Positions 50,540 through 63,731 are shown, numbered from the stretch's first letter. The stretch: 64,000 nucleotides of DNA from Octopus bimaculoides (GCF_001194135.2 NC_068982.1:27669085-27733084), one strand, 5' to 3'. Program-made: numbers and translations. Notes: generated by a model from the letters alone, not told the origin.

Positions 50540-52882
50540 ATGGAAAATAAGCTATGTGAAAACCAGATTAAATATAAAATGCAGTCTCAAAGGATTGATG
50601 TTCCTGATGAGATGTATAAAGAGATTGGAAAAACATCATACCGCTGTGATATTTGTAAAAAGGTATTCTCTCAAAAAAGGGACTTAACAAGACACATACG
50701 TGTTCATACAGGAGTTAAACCATACCATTGTGATGTCTGTGGTGAATCGTTCTCTCACAATAGTAACTTGACTACTCACAAACGGATTCATACAGGAGAA
50801 AGGCCTTATCAGTGTGATATCTGTGGTAAATCGTTTTCTATAACAAGTAATTTAACTAAACACAAGCGTATTCATACAGGAGAGAAACCATATCACTGTG
50901 ATATCTGTGATAAATCATTCTCTATAACTAGTAGCTTAACTGCTCACAAGCAAACTCATACAGGAAAGAAACCATCTCAGTGTCATATATATGGCAAATC
51001 ATTCTCCTTGACAAATCACAAGTATATTCATACAGAAAATAAGCCATATCCCTGTGATACGTGTGGAAAATCATTCTCTCGAAGTGGTGAATTAACTAAG
51101 CACAAACGTATCCATACAGGAGAGAAGCCATATCACTGTGATATCTGTAGTAAATCATTCTCTATAACAAGTAACTTGACTAAGCATAGACGCATTCATA
51201 CAGGAGATAAGCCATATCACTGTGATATCTGTGGTGAATCATTTTCTCACAGTAGTAACTTAACCAGACATAAACGTAGTCATACAGGATATAAGCCATA
51301 TCATTGTGATATCTGTGGTAAGACTTGCTCTCAGAGTAGTGACTTGACTATTCACAAACGTATTCATACAGGTGAGACACCATATCGCTGTGACATCTGT
51401 GGTAAATCCTTTTCTCAAACAATTAACTTATCGAGACACAAACACATTCATACAAGAGAGAATTCATATCAGTGTCGTATCTCTGGTAAATCAGTTTCTG
51501 AAGCAAACCACTCAAGTAGATGTAATGATCCAGGCGTTAAGCCACCTCACTTGGAGGAATCAATCTCTCAAAGTGCTAACCTAACTACTCAGAAACTTAT
51601 TGATACAGGAGGGAGACCATATTGCTGTGATATCTGTGGTAAATCATTCTCCAAAAGTAGTGACTTGACTACTCACAAATATGTACATGCAGAAGGAAAA
51701 CCATCTTCTGATATCTATAGTAAATCATTCTCACAAAGTACTGAATTAACTGCTCACAAAGATATTGATAAAAGAGAGAAACCTTACCCTTGTGATGTTT
51801 GTGGTAAATCATTCTCTGAAAGTAGTGAATTAACTATTCACAGACGTATTCATACGAGTGAGAAGCCATATCACTGTGATATTTGTGGTGATTCATTCTC
51901 TCAAAATAGTCACTTATCCACTCATAAACATATTCACACAGGAGAAAAATCTTATCACTGTGATATCTGTGGTAAATCATTCCCTCAGATTAGTGAATTA
52001 ACTACACACAAAGGTATTCATTCAGAAGAGAAACCATATCACTGTGATACCTGTGGTAAATCATTCTCTCGAAGTATTGAATTAACTGGTCACAAACATA
52101 TTCATACTGGAGAGAAGCCACTTCACTGTGATATCTGTGGCAAGTCGTTCTCTATAACAAGAAACTTAAATAAACACAAACATATTCATACAGGAGAGAA
52201 ACCATATCACTGTGATATCTGTGATAAATCATTCTCTACAAAAGGACTTTTAACTAGACATAAACGCATTCACACGGGAGATAAGCGATTTCAATGTACA
52301 ATCTGTGGCAAATCGTTCTGTCAGAGTAGTGAGTTGATTACACACAAACGCATTCATACAGGAGAGAAACCATATCACTGTAATATTTGTGGTAAATCAT
52401 TCTCTATAACTAGTAGCTTAACTATTCACATACGTATTCATACAGGTGAGAAACCATATCATTGTGATATCTGTGGTAAATCATTTTCTCGAAGTGGTGA
52501 ATTAACTGGTCACAAACGTATTCATACAGGAGAGAAGCCATATTACTGTGATATGTGTGGTAAATCATTCTCTCAAAGGAGTGAGTTAACCACTCACAAA
52601 CGTATTCATACAGGTGAAAAACCATATCATTGTGATATCTGTGGTAAATCATTTCATACAAGTAGTAACTTACGTACCCACATACGTGTTCATACAGGAG
52701 AAAAACCATATCACTGTGAAATTTGTGGTGAATCGTTTTCTCAAAATGGTAGTTTATCTACTCATAAGCGTATTCATATAGGTGAGAAACTATATCTCTG
52801 TGATATTTGTGGCAAATCATTCTCTCAAAATGGTCACTTAACTACTCACAAACGAATTCATTCAGGAGAAAGTCCACATTAA
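50540..52882 (+). CDS. Multi-finger C2H2 zinc-finger protein (780 aa; 23 intact and 4 degenerate fingers; no recognisable effector domain)
   Basis: Uninterrupted ORF of Y.C..CGKSF.....[10 protein letters not shown] repeats after a 33-aa N-terminus, typical of the cephalopod C2H2-ZNF expansion. Confidence 0.97.
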   Translation: MENKLCENQIKYKMQSQRIDVPDEMYKEIGKTSYRCDICKKVFSQKRDLTRHIRVHTGVKPYHCDVCGESFSHNSNLTTHKRIHTGERPYQCDICGKSFSITSNLTKHKRIHTGEKPYHCDICDKSFSITSSLTAHKQTHTGKKPSQCHIYGKSFSLTNHKYIHTENKPYPCDTCGKSFSRSGELTKHKRIHTGEKPYHCDICSKSFSITSNLTKHRRIHTGDKPYHCDICGESFSHSSNLTRHKRSHTGYKPYHCDICGKTCSQSSDLTIHKRIHTGETPYRCDICGKSFSQTINLSRHKHIHTRENSYQCRISGKSVSEANHSSRCNDPGVKPPHLEESISQSANLTTQKLIDTGGRPYCCDICGKSFSKSSDLTTHKYVHAEGKPSSDIYSKSFSQSTELTAHKDIDKREKPYPCDVCGKSFSESSELTIHRRIHTSEKPYHCDICGDSFSQNSHLSTHKHIHTGEKSYHCDICGKSFPQISELTTHKGIHSEEKPYHCDTCGKSFSRSIELTGHKHIHTGEKPLHCDICGKSFSITRNLNKHKHIHTGEKPYHCDICDKSFSTKGLLTRHKRIHTGDKRFQCTICGKSFCQSSELITHKRIHTGEKPYHCNICGKSFSITSSLTIHIRIHTGEKPYHCDICGKSFSRSGELTGHKRIHTGEKPYYCDMCGKSFSQRSELTTHKRIHTGEKPYHCDICGKSFHTSSNLRTHIRVHTGEKPYHCEICGESFSQNGSLSTHKRIHIGEKLYLCDICGKSFSQNGHLTTHKRIHSGESPH

Positions 52883-54049
52883 TTTTATATCTATAGTAAA
52901 TAGTTCTCTCTAAAATATTTAATTACACAAAGTCACGCAGAAGAAAAGTTTTGTCACTCGTGCAAATGCTAAATCATTTTCACAAAATACCACAAGTATA
53001 TTTTTGAGGCAGAAGAGTAATCCTTTTGAGATATATTTAAACAAGCAGAAATACTTCAACCACAGATGTATTCACTCAAGAGAAGATATAATGGTGTGAC
53101 AGTTAAACAATGAACACAATCTTGTAAAATCTGTATTATCTTTTTAATAAAGGCATCTTTTCAGAAGACATATATTCCATTTTTAGAAATGAGGAAAGAT
53201 ACTTTTAATTTATTTGATATTATGGGCAAATTGTTGAGACATGTATTTGTCTTAAATCAGGGTTTAATTTACTGTAAGGTTATAATTATATATAAAATAT
53301 TCAAACCATAACCGAATTATTTCATCATACCATATTATAACATGTATGAGATTTTGTATGTGCATTCTTTCCTGTACCTTATATATATTGTATTTTCCAG
53401 CATAAATGTTGAATTTTTTCAGACCAAAATTTACAGCCAGAAAAGCTAGGCCAGTTTATACTCCAAGATGACTTTTGTGGATTCAAAATTCCATGTGAAA
53501 TGCAGCAGGATATGGAAAGATAATGATGTAATGTTTACACTGTATACCACATGGATTTGTATGCAGAAAATACTGTATTCTGGTGAAAAATATAAAATAT
53601 TCCATTTAGGGAATTGTTTGGAAGATTTATATGGTTTATAGTTTCTCTTATTTACAGCATATGTCTACCATCATCATTTATTGGTTAAGCTAAATGCTAT
53701 ATATCAATATAATCTTCAACTTTTAATATATGTTTTCTGATCATTAATACTATAAAAATGTTATTGTTTTCATGTTTTTCATAACTTCAGAAATCACTCT
53801 TATTCAAAGCTCTTAGCACTTGCTAATATTAGGAGACAGACCTAATGCATATATTAGTCATGTTCATCTTGTCTTCAATATCATCCTGTACATGTGCTGA
53901 TTGTATACATCATATCCTACACAAATATCAGTACATCTGCTCCTTACATTATAGCATCATGTCTTCCACTCGTATCAGTGTATGTGTCGACTATGCATTA
54001 AGTTTTCTGTTCATTTTACTGAAAAGTTAGCATCATTTCTCACAACAGT

Positions 54050-55200
54050 GTACAAACTTAAACTTTACACATTAGGGATAAACACAATTTTTGCTGATAC
54101 AGACCACCACTTGTCTCTTTGGATTTATTAAAACCTGTTAACTATTGCTTCTGCTCTACCTAGCCTCGTTGTTAATTCAGGACTTGTACACTATAAAACT
54201 GTATTTACTCTCATCTATCTGTTGTGGACTCACACTGTGATCACAAACTTCCTTGAACATTGTTTCTACTTTAAAATCACTCTTATGTAATTTCCAACTG
54301 AAATTTCATTCCTCAATATGGTCTCAGCTAACTCTACAAGCTTTCATCCTAATGCAATACATCATTGCATCCCCTTCCATATGACTTATGCACTGCATTT
54401 TCTGTTCCATGTGTGCAAAATACACCCACTTACTACACAAGCTAGTTCACAGCTGTCCTTTTCTCTCCGTCATCTGCCTCATGCTACTTCAGTTTATAAT
54501 GCTGCAATTATATCACTAACAGTGCTTTCCATGATTTTATGAACACTCAAAAATTAACCAATTTTTACTTACCCCTCACCTTATCTGCTGTGGTCTGCCT
54601 CTTGTGTACGCTAAACGAGCCTAAGCATTATTTTCTCAAGAGAAAATAATTGAGTTCAATAAACATGCCAATACCAAGTGTTTTTCTATCATAGCCTACT
54701 AAAGGTCTTTCATAACAGTAGACTAAAATTTCCAATGGAGGAGTCTTTTACCAATCTCAAAAGATGGCACTCCAGCTGAACTCTACACTGAGTCTACACC
54801 ACTTAATACATTCCTGTTTAGAATTTGATGCTCCTTGGAAACTCTGCTACTAGAATGATATTATTATCAGACTGGCTGACAGCAGCAGGGTATGTTAGTT
54901 GAGTGAACTGACCCATATGGGCATGAAGCATGTTGCCAACTCTACAACCTCTCTTCCATAGCAAATTACCTGGAGACTTTACTTATCACAACCAGAAAAA
55001 AATCTCCACAGTGGTACATAAACTCATCTCTTCTAACTCACTGCCCCCAATTCTACCACACATCATTCTAACCATAACCTACACTTCCATCATTTACTTT
55101 CTTCCCACACAAATCCTGCTGTTGTATCTTCCCTACTTGTAACTGTCACACCAAATTCATCTCCTGACATCTCATCAAACTGCTATTATCCCTCATGTCA
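54050..55200 (+). mobile_element. Penelope-like element ORF remnant
   Basis: Decayed FQLKFHSS and HNQKKISTVVHKLISSNSLP fragments resembling Penelope-type RT N-terminal regions. Confidence 0.45.
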
Positions 55201-56289
55201 ACACACATTAAGGACTTATGTGAATTAGGGAGCCTCTCTATGGTCACCCAACTTGTTAGAACTAACAGCCAAATTCCTCAGGCATTCCCTAATAATGTGA
55301 TCATAAATATGTCGAATTTAGGAAAAAAATCTGTTGGCCATAGTTAGAATTTCTTTTGATCATAGATATGCTTAATTAAGACTAAATTAGGGATAAACAA
55401 CAACAACAACATTGAGGTTTCCTCAACTACACCCTAAACCTCTTCAACTTGTTCCCTTTTCTCACAATACATTTCATACTTCTATTTAAATCACTCTACA
55501 TGATCATCCCCAAGTGATGGCCTATCACTCCTTATGCTGTTCCTACTTACATTTACCACCATTACTCTCTTCTCTTTAACTGAACCCATCCTCACTCTCA
55601 ATTCTTCCCTGTTTTGCTGTAAGTTTTACAATTAAGTCAGTGTAGCTGCTTTAGAGTGCTAAAATGGGTCTGAATTGGCAAATCGATTGTCAGCCATGTT
55701 AAAGTATCATAAAAATGTTGTTGAACCAGAGCTGTATATGCTCAGTGTTTTGATGACTGCATGAACATCAATACACTCACCAGGCATCAACTCAAAAGCT
55801 TAATCCGATTTGTTCCATTCTGCTTTAGAATTCACTTCTGCCATCCCCAAACTTTTATCAACTTCCTAGATATCTTCATCATGATAACTTCCACCTGCCA
55901 ACCTCTGCTCATTTTAAGCATCCCCCCAGTTCTCCACTATGCTCCTTCTCATCCAGACACATCAAATCTACAATCCTGTTCTCTCTATTCTTCTCACTTT
56001 GCTGGCCATGCAGCTTTGGTTCAGACTTCAAATCCAAATCTTAAGAAAGTAATCTTGGTTAGTTGTGAATCCCACACTCCAGTTGAGGGTGGGATCAACT
56101 TTACCACTGTTCTATATTCTGTATGCACAGTAACAGATTAGATATAACTTCCCACTCGGCCATCCTTCCACTGAAGTGCACACTTTACTACAATTACTAA
56201 TTTCTCCTCACAGACCCAATAACAAGCCCCCTTTTTAGTACACCACCATTCCTTTGTTAAAAACGGGTAAGAATCTCTGACCACTCAAC

Positions 56290-56900
56290 CATACCCAATG
56301 ATTTTCAAGTGCACTCAACATCTATGCTATGCCTCTACTTACATTAGTATAACCATAGCAATCACCAATCACATTATGTTCAGTGATCCTGGCCATCACA
56401 TACATGGATCAACTGGAGCACACAGTGCTAAAGCTGCCATCTTTTTCTCTAGATATGTTGACGAAATCCTAACGTTTACTTCCTCCTGGGAGAAGGCCAT
56501 CATCATGTAGCAGATATTCAACAACACCAATGAACACATAAAATTTGAAATTGCACATGCAGACAAGTCTGAAGCCCTCTCTCTCTGATCGATTTCCAAC
56601 TCAGGATTGCAGAGGAGGGCTCCATTAACATTATCTTTTACAAGAAAGCAACCAGCAGGAACCTGTTTGTGTACTATGAGTCAGCCCTGCTAACTAGAGT
56701 CAAAGCCATTCATGTGTGAAATGAAGCTTGAAGATGCAAATATAAGCAACAGGTGCAATGACGCAACTGACAAAGCTCCCATGTCTATGGCTTTCAAGTG
56801 TTTTAACCTCCGACGCTTTGAGAGAGTCATCTCCACTGTCAAATCGCAGCCAATTGGTGAACAAGAAAAGCACATACATGGGGTATGTATGTTCGATAAT
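56290..56900 (+). mobile_element. Penelope-like RT C-terminal remnant
   Basis: FSRYVDEIL (cf. RYVDD) ... NEHIKFEI ... LSL ... FTRK fragments in shifting frames. Confidence 0.65.
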
Positions 56901-57614
56901 ACATATATATGTGTGTGTGTGTATATACATTTTTTTACTCTTGTTACAGCCGTTAACTATGGGCGTGCTGAGACCTTAAAGTATTTTAGTCAAATGAATT
57001 GACCTCAGTACTTACGATTTTTAAGCCTGGTACTTATTCTATCAGTCTCTTTTGCCAAACCCCTGAGTTACAGGGATCTGAACACATAGTTATCTATCTA
57101 TGGGACTGAACCCAGAACTGTATGGTTGGGGAGCAAACTTCCTACAACACAGCTACAAATACATATATATATGTATAGTGACACCCATGCCAGCATAGAA
57201 CACAGACATTAAACGATGATGATGATGATATATATTAAACAGAAAAGTAGGTGCTTTTCGGTCGAAATCCTTTGATGTATTTGATCCGCAACAAATTGCA
57301 GACACCACCTTGTTACAGGTCAAAGAAACAAGGTGATCCGATGATTAAGTCTGTTGAAAATCTGTAGCTGACAAAGTAATTGTTCAAGAATTGCCCACTA
57401 AAATAAATAAAGTGAACTGGACCAGCTGTTATTTACACCACTGGGACAAAATATGAACAAATAACATTTTAGTTTAGTACTTTAGCGTAAGAGAGCAGTT
57501 AATTTCATACAATTGTTTTTGAAAAATGTATCTTTGTATGATACCTTTTACAAGTGATCGAAGCATTGTGGTTGTTATGTTATGTTAAAATAAAAAGAGA
57601 TGGTGAAGTTTCTT

Positions 57615-58000
57615 TTCTCAGTATGGTAAGAAACTTGCTTCCTAACCCCATGGTTCCGGGTTCAGTCCCCCTGTGTGGCACCTAAGGCAAGTGTCTTCTA
57701 CTATAACCTCAGGCTGACCAAGGCCTTGAGAGTCGATTTAGTAGACGAAAACTAGAAGAAGCCCGTCATAAATGTGTGTGCCTTTGTCTCTGTCCCCCAC
57801 CACCGCTTGACAATCGGTGTTGGTGTGTTTACGTTCTGAAACATAGCGGTTCAGCAAAAGAGATTGATAGAATAAGTACCAGGCTTAGCCAAAAAAAAAA
57901 AAATTAAGTACTGGAGTCGATTCATTCGACTAAAAATTCTACGAGGTGGTGCCCCAGCATGACCGCAGTCTACTGACTGAAACAAGTAAAAGATAAAAGA
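57615..58000 (+). mobile_element. Family B (CORE-like) SINE, near full length
   Basis: GGTTCCGGGTTCAGTCCC..TGGCACCTAAGGCAAGTGTCTTCTACTATA...GAAACAAGTAAAAGATAAAAGA. Confidence 0.8.
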
Positions 58001-58689
58001 TTTACTCTTTCTCATTCATACTGTCTCCGTCAATTTTCTGTCATAACGAGAGTTATTTCCCCTGATAACTTATTTTGTCTTGGATTAACTGTTTATGTAA
58101 GGCCTCTGAGTGTAAGAATTTTCCCCTTTGTTACATGTCAACCTCAAGCCAACAAAATGTTATATATACATATTTATAGATATTTACTTTCCTGTTAGAT
58201 GTAAATTGGATCTTAAACAAAAACCTTTACATCATCTTGTGACCAGAACTACAAGTTGTGAGACTCATTGTCCTCGTAAACTTCCAAGTTTGATTATAAT
58301 TCAGGCCTATGCCATATTTCACATTCTGACTACATTGATAGGTAAGTTTTAAATATGTTGAGTCATGAATTCGATATTTTGTTTTAGGGAAATACAGGCT
58401 GTATTAAGATGTTTTTCTTATTTTAGTCCTCACTTGTTTAGTTTCAGATTAATATCGATCGAGCAGATCTATGATAGTTCCAACTATAACCTGTAACCAT
58501 CCAGAAAACTCCCAGCAGGGTTAATATCAGACTTGATTATCAAATGTATCTTTTCCTTTTCTTGGTGGTGTGATTTAATTGCTATTTGCTGAAATTATAG
58601 GCATTCTTTCGCTTTGAGGTCACATTTTGGTAATGGAAATATTCAATATTGACACAATTCGACGAAGTCCAGGTTGACGTGTCGAACAT

Positions 58690-58900
58690 GCAACTCCGCT
58701 TTTTCTTTTGATTTATTTATTTTTGGCTAATCTACACGAGTGTGCTCCCCGCCCCCATCGACTTTATTTCCTCATAACTTTCAGAAAAATGGATATTTTT
58801 AAATGAAATTTTTAACAAATACTCTTCAGATGGTGTAGACTCCGATTATATCGAAATCTGTTGTGAATGTTAATAGGAATGACCAGTTAACAGCAAATAA
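58690..58900. repeat. Dispersed DNA-transposon-like repeat; inverted copy at ~62990-63180
   Basis: CATAACTTTCAGAAAAATGGATATTTTTAAATGAAATTTT is matched in reverse complement at ~63095-63135. Confidence 0.55.
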
Positions 58901-61081
58901 ATTAGACATAATTCTTTCCTGAAAAATAATGGCCTTCATCACAATTCAACTTTAACCTGGGTCTAGTGAAGCTACTAAGCTTACTGAACATGTAGATGGA
59001 TGTCTATAGAAGTGTACAAAAAGAATTTGTCACTAGAAATATTCATTGTAAAGACATTTATGATGCTCATTAACCTAATTTTATTATTAGGTGTATGGTG
59101 TGGCAAATATGAAATAACATATAGTCTTGGAGAACGGACCTTTTTACTGTGTTCTATGTGCAAAGCATTTTATTCAAAATTCAATTCAAATTGGTGATGT
59201 CTCCACTGAAATGGATGTGAGTACCTTTGAACAATATGAGGAAATATGGCAGCAAATGTTTGTTGGCTGCTAGCTTATTTGGTAATGACCTTCGTGTCCT
59301 CAGATATTGCATGTTTGGTCAATTGGCTTGGAAGCAAAAATTAGACAGCACTTTGAATTTCTTGACTACTAATGATTGAATGTTTGCTATAGTCAGCTAA
59401 ATGACTGACTTTGGCAGCGATTCTCTTGAACAAGTCATTTGTAAAGCTCTTCACGACAGTCATAGTTTTTGATTTAAAGGGAATTTAGTTGTGATATATT
59501 AGCTCTTATCTATACTATTTGAAACCATTTTACCTTGATAGACTTCTTGATATCTTTGCTATCCAACATCATTTATGATCACTGCAAACTCTACAAGCGC
59601 TTTGTTGGTCTCTGACAACTGATTATTTAGGCTCCACAGGCAAGTGACCATTTGGAACACTTGAATTTAATTGATTAACATTGTTTCTTGCATTGTCAGC
59701 ATATATGAAACTACCTGAAGTTTAATTTGCTTCAACTAAAGATTACTTGACATATGTGATAGTTTAAATGAACCATCATGTATATTTCTTGATATATCTA
59801 TCATATCTGACAGTAGAAAAAGAGAACAAGCAAAAGGAAAGAAGCAGGCTTATCTGGAGGTGTTTAATTTTCAGTGAATGAAACTACAATGAATATGTTG
59901 GTGCTGCTACATCAGCTTATATGGGGTCTGGCATGTAATATTCATGATCTGCACCTTTTGGTATTTGCAGGAAATACTATTGGAGATAACGATAGATATT
60001 GATACTCCGCTATTGTAGTCAGTCATTCATAAAGGTTAAGGATTAATAACCTACTGTCCAGTGTTTGAAGTACAACATCCAAGTTGAACTTCCTAAAATA
60101 ACCAGTCAATTGCAACTGACCATTGTAAATTTTATTATTACAACCATTTCACTTTGAGGGGTTGATTTACCTAAAGAACTAGTAATTTCCAATGTTTTTG
60201 ATGGTCAGATTCATTCAAAATACATCAAAAATCAGAGAAAAAGCAAATTTCACTTTCAAAGTGAAACAGGGTAATAGTAAAACTTTACCCTGATATCATT
60301 TAAAAGAATATTTATTACATCCAGAGTAGTTTTCAAAAATGTTTAACTTGAGTTTGCCCACACATATTTATTAGCTTGAATTCAAATAAATTCATTATAA
60401 TCAGTAGATGTAGTTTGGGTGCATGTAGGTTCTTAGTTTGCATATGCTTGCATATCTACATCAAACAGAAAGTAGGTTGAGATTTGAAGGAGAGTTGCTA
60501 GCTATACTCACCATGCCTAGCTACTACATTGATGCTTGCTCATTGACTTATGTACACACATATTATGTGTATATAAGAATTATGCATGTGAGGACACAGA
60601 AAGGATTCCAATAAATATTCACCACGTACATACAGACCCAGACGCACATGTAACCAAAGACATGTAGACGTGTTTTCTCAGAAAATGAAGAAACCATTTT
60701 ACTTCACTACAGAAGTAGGAAGAAAATATTCTCAAATATATTAAGAGCAACAAACGTAGATTACCTTGTGTCTAACCATTTTTTTTTATAAGTACGATAT
60801 TTTGAGTAACCATTATTTCGTGTTCACCATGCTTCTTGCTACCTAGTGTCACATTCTCTTCATACGTACACAAGTGTATATAATAAAATATTCTGTATGA
60901 ATATATCGACAGTAGAGTATGTTTTTGGTTGGAACCACATGCACCATCCACAAGTGGATGAGCGACTTTAAGACGCATATGGTTGTATAACAATACTGTA
61001 CAACATGAAACTATGTAATGGTACCGACCAGCATGACACAGCTGTTCAAGAACTCAAAGGTGTTGTTTTCAACACCATGCA

Positions 61082-61828
61082 GGGATCTTTCTGATTTGAC
61101 GGGCACCACTTTTCATTCATGTTTTATGTAGTTTTTTTTGGTACCGAAACACTTTCAAACTTCGAATACTTGTATATTTTGTGTTATAGAACAGATAAAA
61201 ATTTTTGTATTCGAAGTTATTTCATGTAAAAATTGTCGTATTTCGGTAATTTCAACCAATCACTGACGTCTATTGAGGTGAAAACAATTACTGCCGTGGA
61301 ATGTAAACAACATGTTCTAACGGTGTTATGGGATCTTTTCCCTTGAATAAAATTAGTGCCGTAGTTTGTCAACAACAACTATCCGTGATACTGTTATTTA
61401 TGACATCGTTCGTGCGTTTGTACTGGTTTTAGCTTTAGGGTTAGGGTTCGGGTTTTAGAGTTAGGGTTATGATTATTTTTGCCATAACCTCACTCATAAC
61501 CCTAACCCTAAAACTCATAACCATAACCCCAACCCTAAACCCTTACTAGGAAATAATGATATAATTAAACAAGGAATAACACTCTTGACACCGGCAAAAA
61601 TTATTGTTTACAAAACAGCAGTAACTGTATTCAGCTGAACAGACGTCAGTGATTGGTTGAAATTACAGAAATACGACAACTTTAACATGAAATAACTTGC
61701 GATGTACAAATTTTTGTTAAGAAGGCTAAGAGAAAAAGTTGTTTTATACGACACATTCTACCTATATCCCATGTGTGAAAGTGTTTCGTTAAGAAAACAA
61801 GTGGTGCCCGTCAAATCAGAAAGATCCC
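61082..61828. mobile_element. 747-bp non-autonomous foldback DNA transposon with 30-bp perfect TIRs, 6-bp TSD and central inverted telomere-like repeats
   Basis: TIR GGGATCTTTCTGATTTGACGGGCACCACTT at both ends; TSD CATGCA at 61076-61081 and 61829-61834; subterminal arms pair for >200 bp; TTAGGG-like block 61434-61469 faces a CCCTAA-like block 61484-61544. Confidence 0.9.
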
Positions 61829-61982
61829 CATGCAGTCATAAAAAAAAACAAAAAAACTAGATGATGATGTTGACTTCACACGTGTCTTTAGATATTTGGA
61901 TAAGGTCCACGGCTTACATATCTCGAAGTTTCTAGGCACCGAAGATGAGATGAGACTGAAAGTATTTTGAAATGATAAACAT

Positions 61983-62001
61983 TATCGATATTGTGACGTC
62001 A
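61983..62001. promoter_or_regulatory. Adjacent DRE (TATCGATA) and CRE (TGACGTCA) palindromes
   Basis: Exact motifs at 61983-61990 and 61994-62001 in a CpG-enriched patch. Confidence 0.4.
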
Positions 62002-63350
62002 TAATGACATGAGCGAAATTATTGAAGTCTTTCGACGGGACGAATGTTACGTAAATTTATTTCCCACATACATTCACGCATTTATATATGTCCATGTATC
62101 TCTCAACACCCTATCCTCTCTTTCTTTCCATACACACACATAACTCTGTCTCTCACTATCTCTCCCTTTCCCTCAAATAAATCGGCAAAGCTTATGCATA
62201 CGCATAAAATGCCTAAGAGCCAACGAGTGAGTATCTACGTGGTTGCTAGACATGGTAAGCATAACAAGCAAATCCCCCCCCTCCAATCTCAACATATTCT
62301 TTTATGAAAGTACATAGTCGTGAAGCAAGTAAGGAACTACATCCAAACAAATTCTTTACTTTGTAATGTTTCTATGTATGGTTGGAGATCTGTTTTCGGA
62401 ATATCATCACCTAACCCAACACCAATCCTCCATAAATTTCTAATCTCTTCCATTCATTTGCCCATCCGTAGATGTTTGCTCAACAAGCCTAGAATGTGTT
62501 ATATTTAGCAAGTAGTCCGATAAAACTTAAAGGGTTGTTTGGCAAGTGGTTGTGGTAGCTAGGTATGTAGAACAGAAGGTGATGTCTAGTTAAGAGTTCT
62601 AGTTGTTTTGGAGAGGCAACTGTGTATTTAGATGTAAAGAGGATTTAGTTGTGAGGGTATGTTACCTTTTGTTTGTACTATTTGAAACCCAAGTGTGTTG
62701 AGTGCATGGAAATCTCCCTCCAATTATGTTCTTTCTGAGCGTTGTGTTTTGCATTAGTTCTTTTGCAAATATATTTCGTAAACTACACCAACCAGAAATC
62801 GCAAGTTAAGAGCATTTTTGAAAATTGTCATAAACAAACCTACTATTCAACGCGCAAGTTTGTTTACATTCACTTTCGCTATTTTGAGTTTCTTTTATTT
62901 ATTTATTTTGCTTACATCGTTTACCGTGAATTTAGTAGTTAATAAAATTATTATAATGTATCATTGTTTCTTATTTACTGTACCCTCAAAGAACATCGTG
63001 CCATANNNNNNNNNNCCCCCACCCCCATTCCAAAACACTTTCACCGAAATGTTTTGTATATTCAGAATCTACATAATAAATAATATGTGCATAGAAAATT
63101 TCATTAAAAAATATTCATTTTTCTGAAAGTTATGACCTTCCAAAGTCGTGGGGGGGGGGTACAACTCTGTAGTTATGCCAATTATTTTACAAAACTGATA
63201 CAGTACACTGGAAACTAAAGGCCATTACTAAATGATCGAAATTAGTTTTCCTTTCTGGCTACCAGACATGACAAAACTATCATTTAAGAATCACATGGAA
63301 AATAGTTTAATGGAAGTAAACTAAAATTCATGTAGCTTCAAGTATACTGA

Positions 63351-63467
63351 TCACGTGAGAAACACTTTTAACCAATGACATTCAAGCGCGCCAAACTGTA
63401 ACTTGCTTGTGGAGCCTACTGACTAACTATAAAAAGAGTCAGCTGTTGGAGATTGGCAAAACATTCG
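63351..63467 (+). promoter_or_regulatory. Replication-dependent histone promoter
   Basis: CCAAT 63372-63376, E2F-like GCGCGCCAAA 63386-63395, TATAAAAA 63428-63435 and cap-box-like CATTCG 63462-63467, upstream of the H2B ATG. Confidence 0.75.
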
Positions 63468-63491
63468 TAGAGCTTGCAGTTAATGTAAATA

Positions 63492-63731
63492 ATGTCAGAC
63501 AGCGAAGATATCAAGAAACCCGTCAAGCCAAATTTAGCCGCATCGAAAAGCAAGAAAGTAAAGCGAAAGAGGAAGGAGAGCTATTCCAACTACATCTATA
63601 AAGTTATGAAACAGGTCCATCCTGATACTGGAATATCCAACAAAGCCATGATCATCATGAATAGCTTCGTTAACGATTTGTTCTAGAGAATCGCTGCAGA
63701 AGCCAGTCGTTTGGCTCACAACAGACGTTCA
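63492..63731 (+). pseudogene. H2B: Histone H2B pseudogene, 5' two-thirds
   Basis: MSDSEDIKK...[58 protein letters not shown] at 63684-63686 replaces Glu, the Tyr of AHYN is deleted, and homology breaks at ~63732. Confidence 0.92.

Noticed and set aside
52422-52709. 95-aa minus-strand repetitive ORF (and 51372-51584 alternate-frame ORF)
   Set aside because: Antisense or alternate-frame shadows of the zinc-finger repeats.
61434-61544. Possible ancient chromosome end-to-end fusion site
   Set aside because: The repeats are short, degenerate and enclosed by TIRs and a TSD, so they arrived as part of a transposon.
62000-63350. Expected divergent H2A partner upstream of H2B
   Set aside because: No SGRGK, AGLQFPVGR or other H2A motif was found on either strand.
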